Below, one piece after another: positions 52,806-63,890 of a DNA stretch of 64,000 nucleotides (positions are counted from its first letter, which is position 1; each line of letters starts with the position of its first letter). Source of the DNA: Octopus sinensis (lineage: Eukaryota); assembly GCF_006345805.1 (NCBI RefSeq), contig NC_042997.1, positions 67,580,001-67,644,000 on the forward strand, written 5' to 3'. The notes beneath the pieces are model-generated. The model did no database searches. It was not told the origin of the DNA and saw nothing but the letters and a program-made list of their open reading frames with translations. The position numbers and the translations under genes were made by a program.

Positions 52806-53399
52806 TTAAGCCTTTTTAAAATACCAAGTTTAATATCCAATGTAATTCCTTTACAGTTCCTTTTCACTCTATTACCACTTGATGGCTTCTCTCTGGACAA
52901 CTTGAATTGTAGGTAAAACAAACAAAGGCAGTGATCAATTGTTCACAACAAAATATGTAATAAAAATATAGCATTAGAAAAATGTTTTGTGAGAGCAAAA
53001 GCTTGTTGTATTGTACATATGGATGTAAGAATGGAAATGAGATGAAAGGATGAAGGAGTGAGGTTGGAGGAAGTAGTGTATGATAACAGTTAGTTGAAAG
53101 GTTACAGGTTCATGAGCTCTTCATCCATCCCTTGCATTACAGGTTTATGAGTACTTAACTTCTTGCAGTTCTGAGTTGAGCCATAAAAACTCAAGACTTA
53201 ACTCTCACACATAATTAGAGTATGTGTGTGTGTTTGTATGTGAGTAGAATGTGGAACTAGTGGTCATACTTTGCAATTTCCAAAAGTGCAAAATCTTGTA
53301 GCCTGAAGTAGCCTTAATGTGAGGGATGATTGTAATTATGCTGTTATTAACATATGGTAACAATGAATCCTGTTATTCATTGTCTAGGATTACCAGAGG

Positions 53400-54290
53400 A
53401 AAGAAGAGAGGTTGTTGTCAGATTCAATATATGCCCACCATTTTATGCTTAGACTGATCCTTGAGAATACATGTTCTTGGAAATTAGCAACACAGTCGAG
53501 CATATATTCTGAGTGTGCTTGGTGAGTGCTGAACACCCACTTAAAATGGTAAATTTTCATCATAATAATTCTGGTCTTGCAGTATCATGATATAATCTGG
53601 TCATAATATGTTTTCAATCCCAATAATAGACACCCTGAAATAATGATTAAGTCATGTTGATGTTGTATTCATGTATAAGAAATAACCTAATGTTTGGCAT
53701 AAGTATTACTTGATATTTCTGTAACCTTTATTCCTGACTTGCTGCCTTCAGTTTGGCACGAGCTTATCACTTCCTCCCATTAACATTATTTATTATTCAC
53801 CAGGCAACTGAAGCTTGCTGATTGTCTGCAGTGACTCAAATGATAATTATCTGTTGTTGGAGGTATTTTATTTTTGTATGTTTCTTCCTGATCAGTTCTT
53901 CTTTACGCTTCATCAGCATGAACTTTGATACCCATAAAAAAAATATGGACAGAAGTTTGATTAGACCTACACATATGTGTTGCAAGTTGTTCTCAACAAA
54001 TCATGGAAACAACATCCAATGGAAGAAGGGCTTTATGGAAATACCCCCAATATATCATCAATCATTCAAGAGAAGCAGAGGACAAGATATGCTGGTCACC
54101 ACTATCAAAGTGAAGATGAATTAATGAGTGAGCTCCTTGTGGCCCAAATCATGGGAATTTCCGCATCGAAATGACCCAGAATGATGCTCATTGATAACTC
54201 TCTCACAGTGTCAAGTTACAAATAGAGGACTTCAAATATGACATGGAAGACAAGAATGCTTGGAGAGAAAGAGTGATTATGGTGCAGGCA
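53400..54290 (+). mobile_element. Old RTE-type LINE 3' remnant (a distinct family)
   Basis: MLQVVLNKSWKQHP....LYGNTPNISSIIQE..RTRYAGH.Y.SEDELMSELL. Confidence 0.7.
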
Positions 54291-56429
54291 ACTTACTCAG
54301 AAAAATAGATAGATTATTCAACAATGTTTGTTTTTGAGCTATAATTATAGCAATTAGAAATTTCTTTTAAAATCTCCACTACGTGCAATCTATCTTGTTG
54401 CTCCATGCTAAATTGATATTTCTTCCAAGAGTTAGAAATTTGGTTGCATTATTGGGGTTGATGATGGTGATGGTTAACATCATTGCCATCGCCATCATCA
54501 TGATCATGTTGAATGTACAGGTAATGTTGATCAACTGTGCTAAGTCTGTGGCACAATGGTAAAGAAGTGAATGCTTAGAAATAGCTCATGACTACACTAT
54601 ATGCTGTATACTGAACAGAAATCCAGATTAGGATAATGTAATGTGCTTCTCTCTGATTTCTGTATCATTAAACTAATGTTGCTAAATTAAAATTCAGTTT
54701 TATAGCTTGCTATATTGTGATTTATAGTTAGAATTAGTCTCTAAATTACTTAATTAGCTTGAAATACAACTATGAGGAAACCTTTTCTAAAAAATCTTTT
54801 CAACAATAAATTAGAAAAATAAATTCTTTTCATATGAAAATTAATTATTTTAATAAGACCTAGATCACATAATTGAAAATTGCAGTGAACCAAATCAGTA
54901 TTTCAATTAACCAGTTCTCAAATGATCAGTTGGTATGTCATTCACTTCAAAATTTTTGTTTATATCACTTTCATTTCAGTCTTTTAGGGATTATGAAAAT
55001 TAATAGTTTAAAAGAAAAACAGCACTTCATTGAATAATTCACACAATAGTTGTTGTTTCCTCCAACCAAAGTAAACAGTGTTAAAAGTGAAAGCTGAAAA
55101 TTCTAAGAAAATTAAAAGCTGTACAGAATTTTCGTGTGATTACTTTTGAAGGTATAAAATATATTTAAAACAATATAATACATGTTAAAAACAATATAAC
55201 ACTTAATCACACACATACCTAACAATAAATTATGAAAACAATTGTGGACTCTACTCTTGATGAAAAATCTTGCAATACACCACGACATAAAAACCTTTGA
55301 GCTTTACGTAAAACTGTTATTATTATCACTATTTTTATACCCGCTAAACTTTCTTGTATTTTCTGGTCTTTCCTTTTGTCATCTCTTCCTACTCTGGATG
55401 TTCTTACTCTGTTTTCTCTAGTCTGCACCCATTATTTTGCCTCCCTCTCCCTCCATTTGTTGGCAGTTGCCATGATAGATCGGTAGCCACAACACTATAA
55501 ATCCTACCTCCTCACTCTCCACCATCGCCTAAAACATTACCTCTGCTTCTCTCCTTGTTTTTTTCTGTGTCCCTTTCTGTAGAAGAGCGTAGGCTTGAAA
55601 TGTAAAAGACTTTTACAATTCCTGAGCGTTATACTAATACATCTGTTTGTTTTGTACACCACTTGTCTTCGTCTTTTGTTTTTTTCGTGAACTCTCCCCA
55701 TATATATATATAGGCTGTGACTAAATGACCGCAACTCATCATTTAGGACGCCAGATAGGCACAATGTTATGCCTTTGGTTAACTAAAGAAGAGGGAATGC
55801 CATAAAGGATTAAATGGAAGCTGTTGGAACAGCCTAGACCAAGTCACAACAGGAGCAGACTATGCAAAATTTGCTTAACCGAGAGAGCATGGTTCCTAAA
55901 AGATATACTGGTGCAGGGGCTTTCTTAAATTCCAAAAGTGAGATGCTTAGTTGGTGCCTTCATGAGATAAAATGTGTGTTAGAGATATGGAATTCCACAC
56001 TTACTGAAGAGTGGACAAAAATCATACATAAACTGGCATCTTGCTCAGAAGGAGTTTTTGCTTCGAAGAATTTCTTTTTTTCACATTACTAATGAAGACT
56101 GTATTCTTACCTCCATTAGTAAAGTGGTTACACATCTCCATCCGGCAGGTCTGATGAATGATCTATATTGCAAAGAGCAGTAACATACATGAAACCAATG
56201 GTGACTTTCTGACCAGCCAATAGCAAAGCATCTATTTCTGCATCTCTATTTCTGAGTTACACCTTTCATAATCTGATACTAGATCACCTCTGTTATAGAA
56301 AGACACCTGTTTCTGTCTCTCTGTCTCTTTGTCACACTCTAATCTTTCATCCTCTGACACAAGTTCCCCCCCCTCAAATACCTCTGCCCCTCTCAAAACT
56401 CCTTGTCTTGCAAGTTATTTGGTGACCCT

Positions 56430-56722
56430 GCCAGAGCTGGTGCCATGTAAAAAGTATCCAGTCCACACTGTAAACTAGTTGGCATTTGCAAAGGCATCCA
56501 GCTGTAAGAATCATGCCAAAACTAACCTTGTAAAAAGATAGTGCCACATAAAAAGTAGTCCGCTCTGCAGAGTGGTTGGTGTTAGGAAGGGCATCCAACC
56601 ATAGAAATCCTGCCAAAACAGACACAGCAGCTTAGGGTAGTTTTCCTACCTGGCTGGCTCCCGTCAGCCATCCTACCTATGCATGCAAGGAAGATGGATG
56701 TTAAACGATGATGATGATGATG
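56430..56722 (+). mobile_element. RTE 3'UTR-only copy
   Basis: gttaggaagggcatccaacc...gttaaacgatgatgatgatgatg. Confidence 0.8.
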
Positions 56723-56888
56723 TGTCTGTCTTCCCTTCCTTGGACCTTTCCTTTTACTATGTTTCTGACGAAGATCTCTACTTGAAATGTAAAAATCCTT
56801 CTTCTTTCTTTCCTTTCCAAAACGTCCAATAACACTATACTTGTTCCATGTCCTCGTGTTGTTGTTGTGTTTTCATGTTTGGATTAAC

Positions 56889-56960
<72 letters not shown>

Positions 56961-57080
56961 ACAATTTAGGAGTGACCCCAACAGGTCACTCGTCCACCAG
57001 AAAGAGCAGCCATAACTCACACCGCCAAGTAGTAGTAATTCAGAAATTAGGTGAAAATTTAAAAACATTTACCCTAATTC

Positions 57081-57184
57081 ATCTTTTAGACGTTGCAACG
57101 TTTCTGTGTCATTAATGATTAAATTAGCTTAATTAAATTAAATTAAGCTAATCTACCATAGGTTACACTTCATCAGTAAAAAAC
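57081..57184 (-). ncRNA. Type I hammerhead ribozyme motif, copy 1 (predicted cleavage between 57089 and 57088)
   Basis: Minus strand reads UUUUUUA-CUGAUGA-A-GUGU...ACAC-A-GAAAC-GUUGCAAC-GUC|UAAAAGA. The core is intact and stems I, II and III can pair. Pair 10.1-11.1 is a non-canonical A.A. Confidence 0.7.
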
Positions 57185-57555
57185 CTGGGAGAGACAAATA
57201 TACACGAGGCGTCTGTATCGATGCCTACGGGATATCTGACTTAAAATTTTCAAGACTGACGTATTCGCGCCAAACTTATCAGCAGTAAATATAAACTGCC
57301 GATTCAATCTCAGAATTATTCAGAAAATTATCAATTAGTCAATTTAGGGTAGCAAAAAAAATTCAATAGAAATTTATCGCTACCAGCGGCCTGGTGGAAA
57401 AGAGAAAATAGTCATCGACTAAATATATAAATATAACAATTTAGGAGTGACCCCAACAGGTCACTCGTCCACCAGAAAGAGCAGCCATAACTCACACCGC
57501 CAAGTAGTAGTAATTCAGAAATTAGGTGAAAATTTAAAAACATTTACCCTAATTC

Positions 57556-57658
57556 ATCTTTTAGACGTTGCAACGTTTCTGTGTCATTAATGATTAAATT
57601 AGCTTAATTAAATTAATTAAGCTAATCTACCATAGGTTACACTTCATCAGTAAAAAAC
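57556..57658 (-). ncRNA. Type I hammerhead ribozyme motif, copy 2 (predicted cleavage between 57564 and 57563)
   Basis: Same motif. TCATCAG at 57644-57650 and GAC at 57564-57566, 475 nt from copy 1. Confidence 0.7.
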
Positions 57659-58355
57659 CTGGGAGACAAAAATACACACGAGGCGTCTGTATCGATGCCT
57701 ACGGGATATCTGAATTAAAATTTTCAAGACTGACGTATTCGCGCCAAACTTATCAGCAGTAAATATAAACTGCCGATTCAATCTCAGAATTATTCAGAAA
57801 ATTATCAATTAGTCAATTTAGGGTAGCAAAAAAAATTCAATAGAAATTTATCGCTACCAGCGGCCTGGTGGAAAAGAGAAAATAGTCATCGACTAAATAT
57901 ATAAATATTTAAGCTAATAATTAAGCTAATAATTAAGCTAATTTAATCATTAATGACACAGAAACGTTGCAACGTCTAAAAGATGAATTAGGGTAAATGT
58001 TTTTAAATTTTCACCTAATTTCTGAATTACTACTACTTGGCGGTGTGAGTTATGGCTGCTCTTTCTGGTGGACGAGTGACCTGTTGGGGTCACTCCTAAA
58101 TTGTTATATTTATATATTTAGTCGATGACTATTTTCTCTTTTCCACCAGGCCGCTGGTAGCGATAAATTTCTATTGAATTTTTTTTGCTACCCTAAATTG
58201 ACTAATTGATAATTTTCTGAATAATTCTGAGATTGAATCGGCAGTTTATATTTACTGCTGATAAGTTTGGCGCGAATACGTCAGTCTTGAAAATTTTAAG
58301 TCAGATATCCCGTAGGCATCGATACAGACGCCTCGTGTATATTTGTCTCTCCCAG

Positions 58356-58459
58356 GTTTTTTACTGATGAAGTGTAACCTATGGTAGATTAGCTTAATTT
58401 AATTTAATTAAGCTAATTTAATCATTAATGACACAGAAACGTTGCAACGTCTAAAAGAT
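58356..58459 (+). ncRNA. Type I hammerhead ribozyme motif, copy 3 (predicted cleavage after 58451)
   Basis: CTGATGA at 58364-58370, GAAAC at 58436-58440, GTC at 58449-58451. A half copy (GAAAC..GTC, 57961-57976) lies 475 nt upstream. Confidence 0.7.
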
Positions 58460-58683
58460 GAATTAGGGTAAATGTTTTTAAATTTTCACCTAATTTCTGA
58501 ATTACTACTACTTGGCGGTGTGAGTTATGGCTGCTCTTTCTGGTGGACGAGTGACCTGTTGGGGTCACTCCTAAATTGTTATATTTATATATTTAGTCGA
58601 TGACTATTTTCTCTTTTCCACCAGGCCGCTGGTAGCGATAAATTTCTATTGAATTTTTTTTGCTACCCTAAATTGACTAATTG

Positions 58684-58727
<44 letters not shown>

Positions 58728-58728
<1 letters not shown>

Positions 58729-59024
58729 GAGGCGCAATGGCCCAGTGGTTAGGGCAGCGGACTCGCGGACGTAGGATCGCGGTTTTGATTCCCAGACCGG
58801 GTCTTGTGAGTGTTTATTGAGCGAAAACACCTAAAAGCTCCACGAGGCTCTGGCAGGGGGTGGTGATCCCTGCTGTACTCTTTCACCATTCTTTCTCCCA
58901 CTCTTTCTTCTGTTGGCCTGCTCGCTTAGCCAGCGGGGTGGCGTCATTCGAAGGTTAAAACAATGTGAACGCATTGTGACCAGCGATGTGTAACAACATC
59001 TGATGGTCTGGTCGGTCATGTGAT

Positions 59025-59027
<3 letters not shown>
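58728..59027 (+). mobile_element. tRNA-derived SINE (second family) between (TA)n tracts
   Basis: A box TGGCCCAGTGG and B-box-like GGTTTTGATTCC. A non-tRNA body follows, and there is no acceptor stem or CCA context. Confidence 0.85.
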
Positions 59028-59064
<37 letters not shown>

Positions 59065-59354
59065 GCACATGTCATCAGTAATTACTCAGGGTAGGCAGTT
59101 GGTGACGTTTATGTAGTAAAACACACACAAAAAATAAGCAAAACACAGGCGTGCGACTGAGTCGTAGGCAGATTCACTTCTACCTTTATAGCGCGTAAAG
59201 AAAACGTTGTAGGAATGTATGCAGCACGCGTACTACAGCAGTTCTATGTGTAGCTTTAATACTGATAGTTTGCATCTCATGCATAGTAATCAGAGTAACC
59301 TTCATTGAATTTGCTGCATATATCTATAATATATCTTTATTGAATTTGCTGCAT

Positions 59355-59905
59355 ATATCTATAATAATAAATGGCAAGTTTGTGTGTTTGTGAATTTGTA
59401 ACTTTATCTCCTCCGAGACTATCCAACAGACCTTGATGAAACTTGACATGTGTGTGGGGCTTATGCCCATGCAGTCACTTACACACTTGGAATTTTTCAA
59501 AAATAGATTTTCAATCAGCATTGTTTTTTCAAAAGCCGTAAAATTTTGGCATTTTCGCACTAGCCATCGTGACATCAATTTGACGCAAAATGCTGAACTT
59601 TGACAAAAAATGTTTCATGGGTAATAAACAGACAGCTTATTAATGGTAATATATTTAGCATTTGCTAATTCTTCATTTCAATGTGAATTGCTTTGATTTG
59701 TAAAAACTTATTTCAATTCATTGTTTTAATTCCACAGCATTTCAGGTTTTCATTAGGTAAGAGCATTTTATTTCTCAAGCAATATTTAGGCATTTTGCAC
59801 ACTAGCCGTCATGACATCAATTTGATGAAATCTGCCCTAAAGCATAGAATGTCGCCATTTTACACACATACACCAAAATGATGACAACATGGGTTCGCTA
59901 CCAGA
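59355..59905 (+). mobile_element. Probable non-autonomous Helitron
   Basis: Starts TCTATAATAATAAATGGCAAGTTTGTGTGTTTGT, a Helitron-like 5' TC end. An internal motif of about 45 bp is repeated at about 59545 and 59787. The 3' end is degenerate. Confidence 0.5.
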
Positions 59906-60877
59906 CTCTGCTCATTTTTTCATCAAATTGGTCCTATCCATTAATATAAATGACTCCTTCATGAACTACCTGATTTACAATACTGGTGACTAGTCCATAA
60001 CCCACACCACCAAATATTTTAAGTATCTCAACAGTGATTCCTGATGGGCCGGAGGCTTTTCCTGACTTCATATACTTAATTGCTTTATTTACCAGGGTGC
60101 TATCGATTTGGCTATCTGGTCCCTCAACTGGGACAACATTTGGCAGGCTCTCCTCCTTCTATTCATTCTTCACATTCAGCTGCCTTTCATAATGGCATTT
60201 CCAGGCCTCTTTCTTTGCAGAATCATTAAAAGCAAGTGCACCATCATCCTTGTGTACACATTTCTCTCCTGTAACACCACAATTTTCTCTCACTCACTGT
60301 CTTGCAATCTGAAATACTTCAGTTCTTTGGTCCTCATGCCACTGAACATTGGCAAAATTCTTCTTTTCTGCTACTCCCTTAGCTATATATACCTGTTCTC
60401 CAGCCTCCCATCTGGCTATCTGGTACAGTTCCCTGCTACCCCAGCTCTTCCAGGCCTGTTTCTTTGCCCTAATGGCCCTGTCTACTGTATTATTCCACCA
60501 CCACATTACCCTAGGTCTGGAAGGGACGTTGCACTAGCCACAGATTTGGTCTGTGGTGCTCAGCAAGTTGTCATGTAGGAATTTTCAGTTACACCTTATG
60601 TCACAAGTCCTCCTCCCTCTCATCAAATTTCTCAATGAGATGTCCCTAAATGTCTGACCATGTGAAGGATTTTTAAGCTTCCAAATCCTTCTTTTCTGGA
60701 TTGGTTTGCTTCATAGACCTTATCCACCCATTTCTCTGCAAGGAATATGCCTGCACCCCCCACTCCACCACTGTTACTTTCCCAGAAGATTTTATATCTA
60801 TGTGCCTTGCCTGAAGCCCCTCTCCACCTTACCTCTTGTATGCAGCATGCATCAACACATCTCTGTTCAAGCATATA

Positions 60878-60880
<3 letters not shown>
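59905..60880 (-). mobile_element. RTE LINE 5' ORF remnant (AP-endonuclease region and linker)
   Basis: [15 protein letters not shown]...YKIFW...[57 protein letters not shown]. Confidence 0.85.
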
Positions 60881-60945
<65 letters not shown>

Positions 60946-63259
60946 TATATACATCTATATATCTATATATATATATATAATATATATATATATACATATA
61001 TACACATATATAAACACACACACATATATATGTATACATATACATTATGCTGTCACTCATGTAGTTAGTGGAAGTGAGAGGTGAAGAGAAAGCGAGAAAT
61101 GTAGAGGAGTTAAAAACATGGTTAAAATGTTTGTCGAAGAGGTAGAGAGAAAATGAGAAATATAAAGTGCCTAGCAGAGGGAAATTTTAAAATCATATAT
61201 GTTACTGTGACTGGAAGTGAAATAACTTAACAAACAAAAAAGAAAAATGCAAATCATCCTTCTTTCTTAAATAGCTTCTGTTAATCATTTTTGTTCTATG
61301 GAATTTTCACAGGTCCCACTAGTTTAATATAACATGAAAGCCCATACATATATTTTGTATAATATGAAAGCAATCACATATATGAGAAGACATAACTGTC
61401 ATTCAGGTATGAAATGTGATTCATGAATAGTTTTTCCCAATCTCTAAATTTCCTTCATCACATACGTTCATGAAGATATGAAAAAATAAATCAATAATAG
61501 TTCCTTATTGTCATCTAAGTTTTGTCACAAAATGCAGTTAAGAGCTGTTGTGATGGTCATATAATGAAAAATATGAGATGTTAGTTGTTTGACTTTGGTT
61601 CTGGCTGCAGATAGTGAATGCACAACACTCATGAGCAATTAACAGAATTTTATTTCACCACACAAATATTTTCTATGCTGGTCATGAATTAAAATGTAAC
61701 ACCAAAGTTTACACACTGGAGAGAGAATAAGAAAGCTCTGCAAATAAGCTGCTATGACAGGTGGAAATATACTACGCTGGGTTCATGACAGTGAAATGTA
61801 GTTGCTGTATAGGTTGAGTAAAGAGTCATTAAAGTGACTGCTATAAGTAATAAAATGAGAGTGTGGTTAGCTTAGCTGCTGTCGTCTACAAATTGATCAA
61901 GAAGTGAGATGTGTGAAATGATTTGGCTGGTCTGTGCTCAATATGACCTGGCGAGAGTGGAGACATATTTTGCCCACATGTCCTAGACACTCTGCAAAGT
62001 TGGTGCAAAAAACATGCCCTTTTTATGAGACTTGTAAAGAGACATTCCAGAGGTTTCTAGAAAGGTGTGTAGCAAAAGGAGTTGTTAATGTAGCAGATGA
62101 AGATAGACGTATTGATGACATCAAAGTAAAACAATGAGGAAAGCATCAGATTGTAGTTTAAATAATTTATTTAATCCACACCTGCATTTACGTATTTGAT
62201 ACACAAGGTTTGATTCACAATATCAAGGAAGGCTGCTACATGAAGTTACTAACTGCTTTGAAATGGCAAAGTAAGAATGAACAGGAGAAATATTGTGTCA
62301 ATGTAATGAGGTAGAACCAGGCATGTTTTGTGTCTGTGTGTGCATTGGTCATTCAGTCGGGTCATGTTTTCTTTCTCTCCTGTCTGTTTGTGTTGTGTGA
62401 CTGCTACTGTGCTGTGACGTTCATGCTGAATATGTGGCTCTCTCTTGGCTGCTTGACTGTTGCAAGCTGTCTGCTGTCTCTCAACTGCTTGCCCTTCTGT
62501 TGTGTGTCTGACTGTATTTATAATGGTCATCCTAGCTAGAAGAATAGACATACCATAGGAATAATTTCTATGTAGGTCACCTACTGTCTACTTGAACCTT
62601 CAATGACACAGCTCAGGTCGGAGGTTGGATGGAAATCCATCTATCACTTTTTAACAGGACAAAGAAATTTCTTTTGTGCCTGTTCAGCCAGTGGTGGATC
62701 ATTTGAGTGAGAATCTTTAGATTTGGTTTTGAATCTCAGCTTGGAAAATGGAATGTTAGTTTTTACAGATGCACCATGTGATGTCTTGAGACTGATTGGT
62801 TCTTAACTTGGCTGATCACACGAAAAAGCTGTTACTAACTCGTGATTTTAACATGGCAGTTTGTTGATTCGGCTTCGAATCTGCTAGTTACTTGGTGAGC
62901 ATCCAGCGCTTTTCTATAGTCTATATATGGATGCTGTCATCCTTTGGATTAAGAAAACTGAGTGAATAGTTTATAACTTTCTCAGTGTAGAAGCTGCCAA
63001 GACTCACACATGAAGCCCATCCATTGAATATCAAGCTTGTTTTAAGAAATTTTAGTATCTCATTTTCGTCGCTTCTAGCTTCTATCTCAATATACATTCA
63101 TCTTTTAAGGACAATTTAATTTCAATATTTTTTTTTACGATATCAATTCGATGTTGATATCGTATATCAATATTGATATATGATATCAGTATCTATATCA
63201 GTTGTGCTGAATATTTATATTTAGTTCCCAGTTACTGTATTGTATAAATAATGGCCAGC

Positions 63260-63480
63260 CAGGGTTGCCAATATAGCATATTTTATGCTAGATCTAGCAT
63301 TTAGCAGAAAATTTTTGAATCTAGCATTTAGCAGGGGAAATAGCAGGTTTAAAATTTTATTTAGCATTTTTCTCTGATCTTGACATTTCCACAATAGTTA
63401 CCCTTTTTTTTTTCTTTTTCCTTCTTTTCTACTTTCGTTAATGTATTTTATAGCCAAATTTTAGTACTATTGGCTATTGA
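63260..63480 (+). mobile_element. Possible hAT-type transposon end
   Basis: CAGGGTTGCCAA terminus followed by repeated TAGCATTT-like subterminal motifs. No partner TIR was seen. Confidence 0.45.
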
Positions 63481-63789
63481 TGAATTTTTCTTTCACTTTC
63501 TTGAAACTTCAAATGAAAGTTTATCAAGTTATGAACTTTTCCAGCCCCCATCCCTGCTTGGATACAGAGTGGTGCTGGTGGAGGGAGGAGGGAGTTGAGA
63601 AGATAATTCTTGTCAGCACCTGAACTCACTACACAATAATGTAAATATTTTGCTCAGAACGAAAGCATAGAAATTCGTCCTGTAGCATACGCTTAGTGAA
63701 ATTCTCTCTCTCTCTGTTATATATACATGAATACAGATGTAGTAGATAACAGCTAGCCTTCAGCCGTTCTTTTGCACCCTGTTGTGTCC

Positions 63790-63890
63790 ACTACTCGGAT
63801 TGGTTGGTATTGGCGCAGTTTGTCCCTTGCTCTATTACATGCCAATATACAACTCGACCAATCGCAGCCTTCTGACAAGGTCATGTGAGA
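63790..63890. promoter_or_regulatory. CCAAT-box cluster in a CpG-rich stretch, possible promoter of the next gene
   Basis: ATTGG at 63799 and 63809, CCAAT at 63842 and 63858, and an E-box-like GGTCATGTGA at 63879. Confidence 0.35.

Larger units (their letters stand above)
56956..58687. repeat. 475-bp unit array: two direct copies, then about 1.6 inverted copies, flanked by (TA)n on both sides
   Basis: Unit starts acaatttaggagtgacc at 56961 and 57436. The inversion junction is at about 57908. The reverse-complement copies run to 58687. Copies differ at only a few positions. Confidence 0.97.

Noticed and set aside
54440-54525. His-rich exon (HHCHRHHHDHVECT) with a CAG|gtaatg donor
   Set aside because: An in-frame TAA directly precedes it and there is no acceptor. 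It is a decayed (CAT)n tract.
56956-58687. CRISPR array or ordinary satellite
   Set aside because: The units are 475 bp and near-identical with no unique spacers or cas genes, in a eukaryotic context. The low copy number, inversion and ribozyme core argue against a plain satellite. An assembly artefact is not excluded, but units 1 and 2 differ at several positions.
58728-58800. tRNA gene
   Set aside because: A and B boxes are present, but the acceptor stem does not close and a SINE body of about 230 bp follows.
60108-60578. 156-aa hydrophobic ORF, and likewise 69-617, 3659-3937 and 38796-39173
   Set aside because: These are antisense frames of RTE LINE fragments.
60632-61084. ORFs rich in IYIYIY / YIYI (also 16527-16927, 22884-23431, 56835-57068, 58831-59070)
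   Set aside because: These are translations of (TA)n/(CA)n microsatellites.
61934-62137. 67-aa ORF as an exon of a neighbouring gene
   Set aside because: No recognisable homology and no flanking splice signals.
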